The position numbers and the translations under genes are program-made. Positions 10,064 through 19,825 of a stretch of DNA of 64,000 nucleotides are shown here, piece by piece. A model generated the notes under the pieces. The model had not been told where the DNA came from, made no database searches, and was given only the letters and a program-made list of their open reading frames with translations. This DNA is from Ignavibacteriales bacterium (lineage in GTDB: Bacteria; Bacteroidota; Ignavibacteria; UBA10030), in NCBI GenBank assembly GCA_026390575.1, contig JAPLFR010000016.1:534737-598736 (forward strand), read 5' to 3'. Positions within the stretch are counted from its first letter, which is position 1. Each line of letters begins with the position of its first letter.

Positions 10064-10864
10064 TTGAAACACATTTCCAATTCTCTGTTACTCATTCTTT
10101 TTGTTGGCCTTTGTGTGTCTGCAGCGAACGTTTACGCGGCAACCGTTGCAGACGATTCAAACAAAGTCAGTCAATTGATTGCGGAAGGAAATAACTTTTC
10201 AGAAAAAGTGTTTGACAACAAGAAAGCATTGGAAAAGTACAACGAAGCGCTTTCTCTTTCACCAAATGATTATGAAATCCTCTGGCGACTGAGCCGCACT
10301 TATGTTGACATCGGTGAACATCTTTCCGGTAAAACGGATGCAGAAAAACAAAAGCAACTGGAATTTTATGAGAAGTCTTTAGACTATGCAAAAAAAGCGA
10401 TTGCTGCCAACCCTCAGGGTGCAATGGGGTATACAAGAGAAGCAATTGCGAATGGTCGCATTGCACTCTTCCGTGGTGTTTTTGAATCGCTGAGTCTCGT
10501 TAAACAAACAAGGGCAGATTGTGAAAAAGCAATTTCTCTCGATGTAACAGAGCCGGCAGCATACTACGTACTGGGGCGCACAAATGCAAAGCTTTGCGAG
10601 AAACCAAAGTTTGTTCGCTGGCCATTGGGAATTGGTTGGGCAAACATGGATGATGCAATAAAGAATTACGAAAAATCAATCGAATTACGTCCGAACTTTA
10701 TAATGTACCGACTCGATTGTGCCCGCGCCTACGTTGAGATGGATGAATATGGAAAGGCGCGCGGGCATTTGATAAAAATTGCAACGTTGCCTAAAGAAGA
10801 CGAAGACGATGATGTCTTTCGGAAAGAAGCGTTAGAGTTGATAGAGAAGATAAAAGATAAGTGA
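10064..10864 (+). CDS. Secreted tetratricopeptide-repeat protein
   Basis: Start reassigned to TTG at 10064, preceded by AAGGAGG. This gives the signal peptide KHISNSLLLILFVGLCVSAANVYA. The remainder is TPR-like helical repeats. Confidence 0.55.
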   Translation: MKHISNSLLLILFVGLCVSAANVYAATVADDSNKVSQLIAEGNNFSEKVFDNKKALEKYNEALSLSPNDYEILWRLSRTYVDIGEHLSGKTDAEKQKQLEFYEKSLDYAKKAIAANPQGAMGYTREAIANGRIALFRGVFESLSLVKQTRADCEKAISLDVTEPAAYYVLGRTNAKLCEKPKFVRWPLGIGWANMDDAIKNYEKSIELRPNFIMYRLDCARAYVEMDEYGKARGHLIKIATLPKEDEDDDVFRKEALELIEKIKDK

Positions 10865-10887
10865 AGAACTACGAGACGGAAAAAGGA

Positions 10888-12075
10888 ATGATTATGGAAC
10901 ATAAGAAAGAATGTCCGGGCAAAGATAAATATTTAACCGGAAAGCGTGTTCTTCCCGCACCAATTTCCAAAGAGAGTACTCTTGCATCCGTTATTGACAA
11001 CATGGATGCTTACAATGGCGGAAGACTGAGAGCGGCGTGTCAATTACTGCGTGATAAATACTCCCAGGAAGATGTGACTATTGGTTTGAGTATTGCAGGT
11101 GCAATGACACCCGCAGGACTCGGTCCATCGACCATTATTCCATTAATGAATCATGGATTTGTAGATTGGCTCGTTGCAACCGGTGCGAATATGTACCACG
11201 ATCTCCATTTTGCTTTCAATATGCCGCTCTTCCGCGGTAGTCATAACGTGGATGATGCCGATCTTCGCGACAAAGGGGTGACAAGAATTTACGACATCCT
11301 TTTTGATTATCAAGATGTACTGATGGAGTCAGATAAAATTTTACGGAAAATTATGCTGCGTCCTGAATTCCAAAAGGAGATGGGAACCCGGGAATACTAT
11401 TATCATCTTGGCAAAGTGATCAATGAATACGAGCATAAGAGTAATATCGGTCAGGTAAGTGTGCTCGCGGCTGCATATCGAAATGGTATTCCAGTCTTCA
11501 CATCCTCCCCCGGCGATTCAACAATTGGTATGAATGTAGCTGGATTGGAATTGCTTGCAGAAGCATCCGGAATGCTCGATCGATTCAAACTCAAGATTAA
11601 TCCGAGTATCGACGTCAACGACTCGACCGCCATCATACTGAACGCCAAGCAATATGAAAAAGGAAAAACCGGCGTTATTCTCATCGGCGGCGGCAGCCCC
11701 AAGAATTTTATGCTACAAACTGAGCCGCAAATTCAGGAAGTATTGATGATTCCTGAAGCAGGTCAGGATTATGATATTAATATCACCGATGCACGACCGG
11801 ACACTGGCGGTCTTTCCGGTGCACCGCCAAGCGAAGCGGCCAGCTGGGGTAAAATAGATCCTACTAAACTTGACGAAACGGTAACCGCATATGTAGATTC
11901 GACTATTGCCTTTCCACTCATGGCGGCTTATGTCATACAAACAACAAAGCCAAAGAAACTGAAACGACTGTACGATCGCGGCGATGAACTTCGGCAGAAA
12001 CTTATCAAATCGTATCTTGAAAACAATAAAGAAGTTGAGGAATTAAAATCGCTTATGAATAAGCTTTTTGCATAA
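10888..12075 (+). CDS. Deoxyhypusine synthase-like protein (possible homospermidine synthase)
   Basis: Aligns by eye to eukaryotic/archaeal DHS. Ours: GARPDTGGLSGAPPSEAASWGKIDP...YVDSTIAFPLMAAYV. Human DHS: GSDSGARPDEAVSWGKI...YADASLVFPLLVAETF. Start set at the ATG following a GAAAAAGGA RBS. The ORF track starts 27 nt earlier at a GTG. Confidence 0.7.
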   Translation: MIMEHKKECPGKDKYLTGKRVLPAPISKESTLASVIDNMDAYNGGRLRAACQLLRDKYSQEDVTIGLSIAGAMTPAGLGPSTIIPLMNHGFVDWLVATGANMYHDLHFAFNMPLFRGSHNVDDADLRDKGVTRIYDILFDYQDVLMESDKILRKIMLRPEFQKEMGTREYYYHLGKVINEYEHKSNIGQVSVLAAAYRNGIPVFTSSPGDSTIGMNVAGLELLAEASGMLDRFKLKINPSIDVNDSTAIILNAKQYEKGKTGVILIGGGSPKNFMLQTEPQIQEVLMIPEAGQDYDINITDARPDTGGLSGAPPSEAASWGKIDPTKLDETVTAYVDSTIAFPLMAAYVIQTTKPKKLKRLYDRGDELRQKLIKSYLENNKEVEELKSLMNKLFA

Positions 12076-12095
12076 TTTCCTACGAGACTCAATAG

Positions 12096-12148
12096 ACCGC
12101 AAAGAACGCTGAAGATATGCTTCACGCACTGAGCGGTTTTATTTTTAT
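12096..12148 (+). terminator. Weak hairpin plus T-tract between the DHS-like gene and the decarboxylase (possible terminator/attenuator)
   Basis: accgc...gcggt outer stem with inner gaagatatgcttc hairpin, followed by ttttatttttat. Confidence 0.25.
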
Positions 12149-12169
12149 ACAACAAGGAAAGAAATAGAA

Positions 12170-13303
12170 ATGAAAGAAGCGCTTCTGAAATTAGTAGAAC
12201 AGCATGGCACTCCGTTGTTCATACTCGATCACGATAAAATTCGGGAAAACTACCGGACATTTAAAAAACACTTACCGCGGGTTCAGTGTTATTACGCAGT
12301 CAAAGCAAATTCCACTCAGCAGATTATCGAGACTTTGTTCAAAGAAGGATCCAGTTTTGATGTAGCATCATACAACGAATTCATGCAGGTGTACCAGTAT
12401 ATAAAACATTTCGACAAAAAAGATAAAAAGCATTTTGTCTGGGATAAGATTATTTTTTCCAACACAATCAAAGACAAAATCACGCTGAGCAAGATCAAGC
12501 AATACAAACCCTTGGTGACATTTGACAATAGCGACGAACTGAAAAAGCTAAAAGATCATTGCGAGACTGCAGGATTGGTTGTGCGGCTGAAAGTTCCAGA
12601 TACCGGTTCACAAGTTGAAATGAGTTCAAAATTTGGCGCCGAACCTGCCGATGCACAAAAACTGATACAACAAGCATTCGATATGGGATTAAAGGTTGAA
12701 GGTATTAGTTTTCACGTAGGCAGCCAATGTACAAATTTCGACAATTTCACAGCAGCGCTTGCTATCACTTCAGAGATTTTTAACGATGCCCGTAGAAAAG
12801 GATTCAATCTCAATTTGGTAGATATTGGCGGCGGATTTCCAGTTCCGTACGATCCGCAAGTACCGGAATTTAAAGTTCTTGCCGGTTTATTGAATTCAGA
12901 ATTCAAAAGGCTGTTCCCGGATGACATTGAAATTCTTGCTGAACCTGGACGTTTCATGGTAGCAACCGCCGCGACGCTCGTTTCTGAAATCATCGGCAAA
13001 GCCCGCAGAGATGGAAAAGTATTCTATCATATCAATGATGGGGTGTATCATACTTTTTCTGGAGTAGTATACGATCATTGGATTCCGAACTTCAGTGCTT
13101 GGAAGGAAGGTGAAAAAGAAATATGCGCAGTGGTCGGACCCACATGCGACAGTTTCGATAAAATTACGTTATCGGCGGAACTGCCGGCAAGCCTGGAAGT
13201 TGGCGATTATCTTTTAACTGACAATATCGGAGCGTACAGTACAGCGTCGTCTACAAAATTTAACGGATTCAACGGATCAAAAATTATACACATGAATTTG
13301 TGA
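12170..13303 (+). CDS. Ornithine decarboxylase-like PLP-dependent decarboxylase (alanine-racemase fold, eukaryotic-type ODC family)
   Basis: 377 aa. YAVKAN PLP-lysine motif, GGGFPVPYD, and C-terminal GAYSTASSTKFNGF matching the ODC GAYTVAAASTFNGF. Confidence 0.75.
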   Translation: MKEALLKLVEQHGTPLFILDHDKIRENYRTFKKHLPRVQCYYAVKANSTQQIIETLFKEGSSFDVASYNEFMQVYQYIKHFDKKDKKHFVWDKIIFSNTIKDKITLSKIKQYKPLVTFDNSDELKKLKDHCETAGLVVRLKVPDTGSQVEMSSKFGAEPADAQKLIQQAFDMGLKVEGISFHVGSQCTNFDNFTAALAITSEIFNDARRKGFNLNLVDIGGGFPVPYDPQVPEFKVLAGLLNSEFKRLFPDDIEILAEPGRFMVATAATLVSEIIGKARRDGKVFYHINDGVYHTFSGVVYDHWIPNFSAWKEGEKEICAVVGPTCDSFDKITLSAELPASLEVGDYLLTDNIGAYSTASSTKFNGFNGSKIIHMNL

Positions 13304-13310
13304 GATATTA

Positions 13311-13739
13311 TTATTCATCGATTTGTGCGACAGTACCACGGTTTATTCGCGCCTGTACTAACTTACCAATCCAAGCACTCATCGAAGTATAAGAAAATAC
13401 CACAACTGCCCAAAAGTAATAGAAACCAATGGTTTTAGGTATAGAATAATGACTCACTGCCATTGTTCCGTAATACAATAATGCTGAAATACCCGGTTCA
13501 AATATTGCTTTCCCTTTTGAGCGATAGCCGATATAGAATGCAATGACTATAGTTTCAAGGGTGGCAATTAATCGGACTATAGTGGGGGTGTTAATCAGGA
13601 CGTTTAAAATATTAATATTTATATAGACCAGCACAACGCTGAAAATAATGCCGGGTAATAAAAGAACGACAACCATAAAACAATACCCAATTCCTACCCA
13701 CCTCCAATCAATATGAATTTTCTTATCCGTTCTGAGCAT
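13311..13739 (-). CDS. Small polytopic membrane protein (4 predicted TM), unknown function
   Basis: 142 aa of strongly hydrophobic segments. Last gene of a minus-strand run. Confidence 0.5.
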   Translation of the reverse strand: MLRTDKKIHIDWRWVGIGYCFMVVVLLLPGIIFSVVLVYININILNVLINTPTIVRLIATLETIVIAFYIGYRSKGKAIFEPGISALLYYGTMAVSHYSIPKTIGFYYFWAVVVFSYTSMSAWIGKLVQARINRGTVAQIDE

Positions 13740-13772
13740 TTTCTTTCTCCTTACTACAAAAACGATATACTC

Positions 13773-14567
13773 TTACTCTTTAAACTTACCGAAATATTGC
13801 CAATCACTCATTTTTCCATGGTTATCTATTCGCACTTTAACACTGGCATCCGAATAAATCTTTGATTGGCCGGTGAGAATAACAGTACTATCCATACCGG
13901 ATGTTGTATATGTGCCATTTTCAGTCTCTGAAAGTTTAACTGGTAATATATATCCAATAAACGATCCATGACCACCGCCCAATTCATGAGGCAATGCTTT
14001 ATACTGATGCACTTGCCAGGCAGTCGCATTGAGATCATTGATGATATTGTCCTTGTTGGTTTGGATTGCCGTCGAGGCTCTCAATGGGTTATCTATTATT
14101 TTTATTTCTATATACATTTTCAAAAAAGAATAGATTGCCAAGGCAAGAATAAAGGAACCTCCAATTATTGACAATATCGTATATGCTCGAGGAACATTAT
14201 TATTCTTTTCTGTCGTTTTTTCTTCGTATCGTTTCTTCCAACCCAAGAAAAAGAGGGCCGGTGCAATGATAAAAAGAAGAATGCTGATGAGCAAATAAAG
14301 ACGCTGAGAAAAAGGAACAAGATCAAGCGGGCTGCCTGAGAATTCTTTTTCACTATTCTTTATGGTTAAGTTTGATGCTTTATTCCAAGGCGAAGAGGTA
14401 ATGCCGAAATTTCTATCAGATGTTCGATCAGGTAGGAAATAATAATTGAAAAAAAGTGAAAAGAGCACAGCGCCAGTGAGAATGACAAGCATGAATATAA
14501 AATCATTAGAGAAACCCAACGGCTCTTTCTTTTTATCCGGTTCAGGAGTATCAATTTTCTGATTCAT
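13773..14567 (-). CDS. Membrane protein (3 TM plus ~120-aa C-terminal domain), unknown function; distant paralog of the next gene
   Basis: 264 aa. TM segments then a soluble C-terminus. The segment STVILTGQSKIY resembles LTVLTDTQVIVVAQDRY of the 14551..15207 product. Confidence 0.5.
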   Translation of the reverse strand: MNQKIDTPEPDKKKEPLGFSNDFIFMLVILTGAVLFSLFFNYYFLPDRTSDRNFGITSSPWNKASNLTIKNSEKEFSGSPLDLVPFSQRLYLLISILLFIIAPALFFLGWKKRYEEKTTEKNNNVPRAYTILSIIGGSFILALAIYSFLKMYIEIKIIDNPLRASTAIQTNKDNIINDLNATAWQVHQYKALPHELGGGHGSFIGYILPVKLSETENGTYTTSGMDSTVILTGQSKIYSDASVKVRIDNHGKMSDWQYFGKFKE

Positions 14568-15207
14568 GGTTTACTCCTTGCTCTGTGAGAATAAATTTTT
14601 CCTGTATGGTCCCTTTTTTGCCATTGATATTTTCAAAAAGCGGATTTCTTCCTCGTGCGTATCTATCTTGCGCAACGACTATTACTTGAGTATCTGTTAA
14701 AACAGTCAATGTGCATACCATTGAGGTATCCCATGCCTCGTGTAACTGATGGATATTTGATTGCACGGGAGCATGTGGATATGTTTGCTGAAATATTTGA
14801 CCAAGAGTAGTATTCTTTACTTTTCCTTGAGTATGAAAGAGCTCAAGAACTTCGATGAGGTCATTCGGTACTTCAGATAAAATCAAGTCACGGCCAATAA
14901 TACTTCTAATCGAAAGAAGCGTTTCTTTCTGCCAATAACTTTGATTTTCCGAGGTGATCCATGTCGTGATGATACAACCCAAGACGACAATACTGCAAAT
15001 CACAGCGATAATGCGTGTCCGTACTGGGAAAGGATACCTTAATGTATAGATCATAAGTGCTGCAATGTAAAGCATTGCAATTATTCCGGCAGTATCCATC
15101 GAGGGCCACAATTCTGGCGAATTGCCCGGAAGAAAGAAACCAATGGTTACAATGGTGATGCCGACAAGAAGCCATTTTACTATCATATTACCCCCTATTC
15201 TGAACAC
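14551..15207 (-). CDS. Membrane protein (3 TM plus C-terminal soluble domain), unknown function
   Basis: 218 aa. Overlaps the downstream gene by 17 nt. Similar architecture to the 13773..14567 product. Confidence 0.5.
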   Translation of the reverse strand: MFRIGGNMIVKWLLVGITIVTIGFFLPGNSPELWPSMDTAGIIAMLYIAALMIYTLRYPFPVRTRIIAVICSIVVLGCIITTWITSENQSYWQKETLLSIRSIIGRDLILSEVPNDLIEVLELFHTQGKVKNTTLGQIFQQTYPHAPVQSNIHQLHEAWDTSMVCTLTVLTDTQVIVVAQDRYARGRNPLFENINGKKGTIQEKFILTEQGVNHESEN

Positions 15208-15293
15208 AAAGTATAAAGAAGCTCTACATGTTCAAACAAATGAGTTAAAATATGCAGTTCGTTGTCGATTGCTATATTGGCATTGTCACGATG

Positions 15294-16700
15294 CTAAAAA
15301 TAACTTGATCCATCCCAGCAATGTGTGCAGAGTTTCTCCTTGGGTAGTCCTATCGCTTCGACCAGATCATCCAGTTTCTGATATTGTAAAGATGTAAAAT
15401 CAAGTCTCTTCCTAACTTGTTCTACCATAGATTTGTATTTATCATTTTCGGGATCAGAATACCCTTTCATATCGCAATCTTCTCTACCGGTAAGTTCTTT
15501 GACTGCAATGTACGATGCGAGATCCATGTTAGATCTAGAGCGGCTGAAATTAAGAAACTCACATGGAAATGTGAGAGGTGGACATGCGATACGCATGTGA
15601 ACTTCCTTCATACCCGCATCATGCAAATCACGCACGTTATCTTTCAGCTGGGTGCCCCGCACAATCGAGTCATCAAGGAATATTCCTCGTTTTCCTTTTA
15701 TCACCGATTCATTTGGTATGAGCTTCATTTTGGCAACTAAGTCACGCATATGTTGGCTTTGCGGCATAAAACTCCGCGGCCATGTAGGCGTGTATTTTGC
15801 ATAGGGCCTTTTTAACGGAATTCTTTTTTCGTTACTGTATCCCATCGCATGCCCAATGCCGGAATCAGGAATGCCTGCAACAAAGTCCGCCTCTACAGAA
15901 TCTCTCTTGGCAAGTGCTGCACCGCAGCGGTAACGGCATTCGTCGACATTTTTGCATTCATAAAACGATGGCGGATAACCATAATACACCCAGAGAAATG
16001 AACATATTTGCATGTTATCATTCGGCTTGCGCAATTGTTCATATCCATCTGCCGTGATACGTATAATTTCTCCGGGGCCTATATATTTTTCAATCTCATA
16101 GTTCAGGTTCGGGAATGCGCATGTTTCAAAAGCAACGGCATACGCTTCTTTTTTCTTTCCTAAAACAATGGGTGTCCTTCCAAGTTTATCGCGGGCCGCA
16201 ATAATGCAATCCTCAGTTAAAATCAATATGGAGCAAGAACCTTTCACAAGATCATACACATTTTGTATACCGGATGTAAAGTCATCCCCTTCGGCAATCA
16301 GCATTGCAACCAGTTCAGTTGGATTAATTGCACCCTGACTCGTTTCTGTAAATGTGTGCCGCAATTTTAGGCATCGCTTTTCTAACTCTGCAATGTTGAC
16401 AATCTTGCTTACCGTTGCCACAGCAAAGCGTCCCATATGCGATGTAACAAGAATCGGCTGAGCGTCAGTATCGCTGACGACACCGATTCCAAGATTTCCT
16501 GTGAAGCCGGTAATATTGGCTTCAAATTTATTTCTGAAATATCCGTCTTCTAGACTATGAATGGCACGCTGAAATCCGTTCTCTTGAGAGAAGAATGACA
16601 TTCCTCCCCTTTTTGTGCCGAGGTGAGAATGATAATCGGTGCCGTAAAAAACATCCGACACACAGGAATGTTTTGCGATACTGCCAAAAAATCCACCCAT
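15294..16700 (-). CDS. Amidophosphoribosyltransferase (PurF)-like protein with catalytic N-terminal Cys replaced by Gly
   Basis: 468 aa. PRTase motifs: DDSIVRGTQ and PCEFLNFS (cf. PCFYGID). C-terminal CTHCWDGSSYF resembles the PurF Fe-S CxxC region. The Ntn domain begins MGGFFGS where PurF has (M)CGIVG. Upstream AAGGAAAATT precedes the ATG. No in-frame Cys codon is available. Confidence 0.7.
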   Translation of the reverse strand: MGGFFGSIAKHSCVSDVFYGTDYHSHLGTKRGGMSFFSQENGFQRAIHSLEDGYFRNKFEANITGFTGNLGIGVVSDTDAQPILVTSHMGRFAVATVSKIVNIAELEKRCLKLRHTFTETSQGAINPTELVAMLIAEGDDFTSGIQNVYDLVKGSCSILILTEDCIIAARDKLGRTPIVLGKKKEAYAVAFETCAFPNLNYEIEKYIGPGEIIRITADGYEQLRKPNDNMQICSFLWVYYGYPPSFYECKNVDECRYRCGAALAKRDSVEADFVAGIPDSGIGHAMGYSNEKRIPLKRPYAKYTPTWPRSFMPQSQHMRDLVAKMKLIPNESVIKGKRGIFLDDSIVRGTQLKDNVRDLHDAGMKEVHMRIACPPLTFPCEFLNFSRSRSNMDLASYIAVKELTGREDCDMKGYSDPENDKYKSMVEQVRKRLDFTSLQYQKLDDLVEAIGLPKEKLCTHCWDGSSYF

Positions 16701-16824
16701 AATTTTCCTTATGCAAGAATAAATATTTGGGGATGAAAAAATCTAGGCTGCGATGATGAAACAACATCGCTACAATAATACAAGAATATTTCTAATTATC
16801 TTAGAACTATTTTGAGGAAGACAT

Positions 16825-18042
16825 TCAGGCTATATGTAAACTTGTTGGATTCTTTTCACGCCGCTTCTTGAACATCAATGCAAAATAAACGCCGAGCATT
16901 AACAACACAGCTGATAGTATGTACGGTCCAGAATGATGAATCTCGTACAAAAAGCCAGAAAGAATCGGTGCTATCACCATATATGCAGACATCAGCGCAG
17001 AGAGAACTCCCATCGTCTCTCCTTTCTTTGAAGGATCGGCTGCGGCTGCAGCTTGACTTGTAATAACAACGCGGAGTATAGCCTGGCCTGTTCCTGAACC
17101 AAGAAAGCTCAGATAAAACAACAATAAGATTTCTGTCGAGACCATGAGAGAGGAAATCGCTAGCACTAGAAGCATCATAATTTCAAGTTTTGACTCCGAA
17201 AATTTTTCCAGCCAAAACTTCTTAAGTAGAAAGCCCTGGTTCATCACAACAATCACACCGACCATCGTGAACATCATCCCGGTTTGAAACGCGCTAAATC
17301 CAAACACATCTTTTACAAATAGACCGAAGACTGTCTGGCTTGTTACAATGGCGAAGGCAAAGAATGACCATGTGAAATAAAGCGGGCGCAATTTTTCATC
17401 TCGTGCTGCTCGCATGAGCGGTGCAAGTGGATTAAAATTCATCGGACTGTGCGCATCGCGTTTATGATGTGTCTCTGGTAGAAAGAAAAATGCAGAGACA
17501 GCGTTTGTTGTGGCAAGTGCACCCGCGATCCAAAATGGAAATGCATGCGACACTTTACTTAACGCACCGCCAATCAAAGGGCCTAAAATGAATCCTATAC
17601 CGAATGCCGCTCCAATAAGTCCAATATTTGCGGACCGCTCCTTTTCATCTTTCGCAAGATCTACCATATAACTTTGTGCCGTCGTGAAGTTTCCTGCAGC
17701 GCATCCGTCGATAATACGGCCAAGGAAAAGCATCCAAAGAGAATGTGCACTCGCAAAGACGAACCATCCTATTGCCGTGCTGGCAACACTGAGAAGAAAG
17801 ATCGGTCTTCGTCCGATTCTATCTGACCACGCTCCGAGCAGCGGCGCACTCAAGAACGAAAAAAAGGAAAATGTGGCAAATAAAAGCGTAACGATGACTG
17901 CCGAAGCGCCGAATTCCGTAACATAGAACGGCAAGATAGGAATGACAATGCCGAATCCGATGACATCGACCAGAACAGACGAAATAACAATGAGTTTTTG
18001 TTTTTGCATATTTGAATTTAAAATAATATTAATTTGAATCAA
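16825..18042 (-). CDS. MFS transporter (drug:H+ antiporter/TCR-like)
   Basis: 405 aa with 12 hydrophobic segments and MFS motif GAWSDRIGRRPIF between TM2 and TM3. Confidence 0.75.
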   Translation of the reverse strand: MIQINIILNSNMQKQKLIVISSVLVDVIGFGIVIPILPFYVTEFGASAVIVTLLFATFSFFSFLSAPLLGAWSDRIGRRPIFLLSVASTAIGWFVFASAHSLWMLFLGRIIDGCAAGNFTTAQSYMVDLAKDEKERSANIGLIGAAFGIGFILGPLIGGALSKVSHAFPFWIAGALATTNAVSAFFFLPETHHKRDAHSPMNFNPLAPLMRAARDEKLRPLYFTWSFFAFAIVTSQTVFGLFVKDVFGFSAFQTGMMFTMVGVIVVMNQGFLLKKFWLEKFSESKLEIMMLLVLAISSLMVSTEILLLFYLSFLGSGTGQAILRVVITSQAAAAADPSKKGETMGVLSALMSAYMVIAPILSGFLYEIHHSGPYILSAVLLMLGVYFALMFKKRREKNPTSLHIA

Positions 18043-18178
18043 TTATTGAACACTGAAGTGATACGAAGAGGTTCCGTTTATCCTCACCTGCTGTCGAAAT
18101 AACCGGACAGGAGATTCACAGAGACAATTGTTACGCTTGACATCGCACACCATTCACCGTACCTTACTGCCGAGGTGA

Positions 18179-19234
18179 GTGATGCCCGAAGTTACTTTGA
18201 AAGATATCCTTGCTGACCATACGAAAGAAGGCGAACTATACACCAAGTTATCAAATAACTGGGTGCAGTGTTTTGCTTGCGGACATCGATGTAAAGTCCC
18301 GCCGGATAAGGATGGAATTTGCAAAATTCGATTCAATCGACACGGAACGCTATTTGTTCCGCAGGGGTATGTCTCCGGTATTGCAATTGATCCAATAGAA
18401 AAGAAACCATTTTTTCATGCCTATCCGGGATCTTCTACTTTAAGTTTCGGTATGCTTGGCTGCGATTTTCATTGCTCATTTTGTCAAAACTGGATAACCT
18501 CACAAACTCTGCGCGATCCTCATGCCGTTTCTACTATCGAGGTAATAACGGCTGAAGAAATTGTTCGTCTTGCTCTTCGGCATAAAACGCCAATCATCAC
18601 CAGTACCTACAACGAACCGCTCATTACAACTGAATGGGCTGTAGAAATATTCAAACTTGCAAAGAAGGCCGGACTTGTTACTTCGTATGTGTCGAACGGC
18701 AATGCCACGCCGGAAGTGCTCGACTATCTTCAGCCGTGGATTGATCTCTATAAAGTTGATTTGAAATCATTCCGTCAAAAAGCATATGGACAAATGGGCG
18801 GAGTGCTGCAGCATGTGCTTGACACAATCCCATCTCTGCACAAGCGCGGTAAGTGGGTTGAAGTCGTTACGCTTGTTGTTCCGGGAATGAATGATTCAAA
18901 CGAAGAATTAACCGATATCGCCAAATTTATTCATTCCGTCTCGCCTGATATTCCTTGGCACGTGACGGCATATCACCAGGGATATAAAGTGACAGGTGAA
19001 GAGTTCACTCCCATCTCCACACTCATTCGTGCGGCAGAGATCGGTTACAAAGAAGGATTGCACTTTGTCTATACAGGCAATCGTCCGGGACAAACGCGCA
19101 ACTACGAGAATACGTATTGTTATTCTTGTAACGAACTGCTTATTGAGCGCCGAGGGTTCCAGGTATTGCGTAACCGAATATCAAACGGAACGTGCTTCAA
19201 ATGCGGCACAAAGATAGCCGGCAGATGGAAATGA
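18179..19234 (+). CDS. AmmeMemoRadiSam-system radical SAM enzyme (PFL-activase-like)
   Basis: 351 aa. CDFHCSFCQN CX3CX2C cluster motif. N-terminal C-rich CFACGHRC and overall pattern of the AmmeMemoRadiSam radical SAM family. Confidence 0.7.
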   Translation: MMPEVTLKDILADHTKEGELYTKLSNNWVQCFACGHRCKVPPDKDGICKIRFNRHGTLFVPQGYVSGIAIDPIEKKPFFHAYPGSSTLSFGMLGCDFHCSFCQNWITSQTLRDPHAVSTIEVITAEEIVRLALRHKTPIITSTYNEPLITTEWAVEIFKLAKKAGLVTSYVSNGNATPEVLDYLQPWIDLYKVDLKSFRQKAYGQMGGVLQHVLDTIPSLHKRGKWVEVVTLVVPGMNDSNEELTDIAKFIHSVSPDIPWHVTAYHQGYKVTGEEFTPISTLIRAAEIGYKEGLHFVYTGNRPGQTRNYENTYCYSCNELLIERRGFQVLRNRISNGTCFKCGTKIAGRWK

Positions 19235-19270
19235 TATGATTTATATTATAATTGCTCAAGAGGAGATAAT

Positions 19271-19771
19271 ATGAATTTTACTTTCTTGCCTGATATTGTT
19301 AGTTTTTTCTTGCTTTGCTGGGCATTTAACTTGCTCTGGAAACAGCGGAAACAGTTTCAGTCTTTAATTCCAATTGCGATTGCTGTTGTTTTCTTATCCA
19401 TCGGTAGAATTTCGGATGTTATTCTTGACTTATCAATATCTCGCTACTCGTCGTCTCCGCTTGGCTGGAAGCGCGAAAGTTTTGATTTAATTTTGACAAA
19501 CGCCGGCAACATTTGCGATGTTTTAGGAATATTGCTTCTTGTTTACGGATTTCTTAAAACAATCGAGTTCCAGAAAAAGGAAAAAAAGCGGATTCAAGAT
19601 TTGGAAACTTTGCTTCCGCTTTGTGCATGGTGTAAAAAATATCGCGCGGAAAACGGCGAGTGGAAACCCATTGAAGATTATCTCCGCGATAGCGGTGCAC
19701 CGGCAGTGACACATGGTATTTGCCCGGAGTGTGCCGTTGAGCAAATGAATATAGCAAAACAAAAAGATTAA
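19271..19771 (+). CDS. Small membrane protein with C-terminal Cys4 motif (CAWCKK...HGICPEC)
   Basis: 166 aa with 3 TM segments. The conserved-looking module is LCAWCKKYRAENGEWKPIEDYLRDSGAPAVTHGICPECA. Confidence 0.5.
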   Translation: MNFTFLPDIVSFFLLCWAFNLLWKQRKQFQSLIPIAIAVVFLSIGRISDVILDLSISRYSSSPLGWKRESFDLILTNAGNICDVLGILLLVYGFLKTIEFQKKEKKRIQDLETLLPLCAWCKKYRAENGEWKPIEDYLRDSGAPAVTHGICPECAVEQMNIAKQKD

Positions 19772-19825
19772 CAAACCACCAGATTGTTTCAACACGAAGC
19801 GACAATAAAGATCAAAGGACGGACA

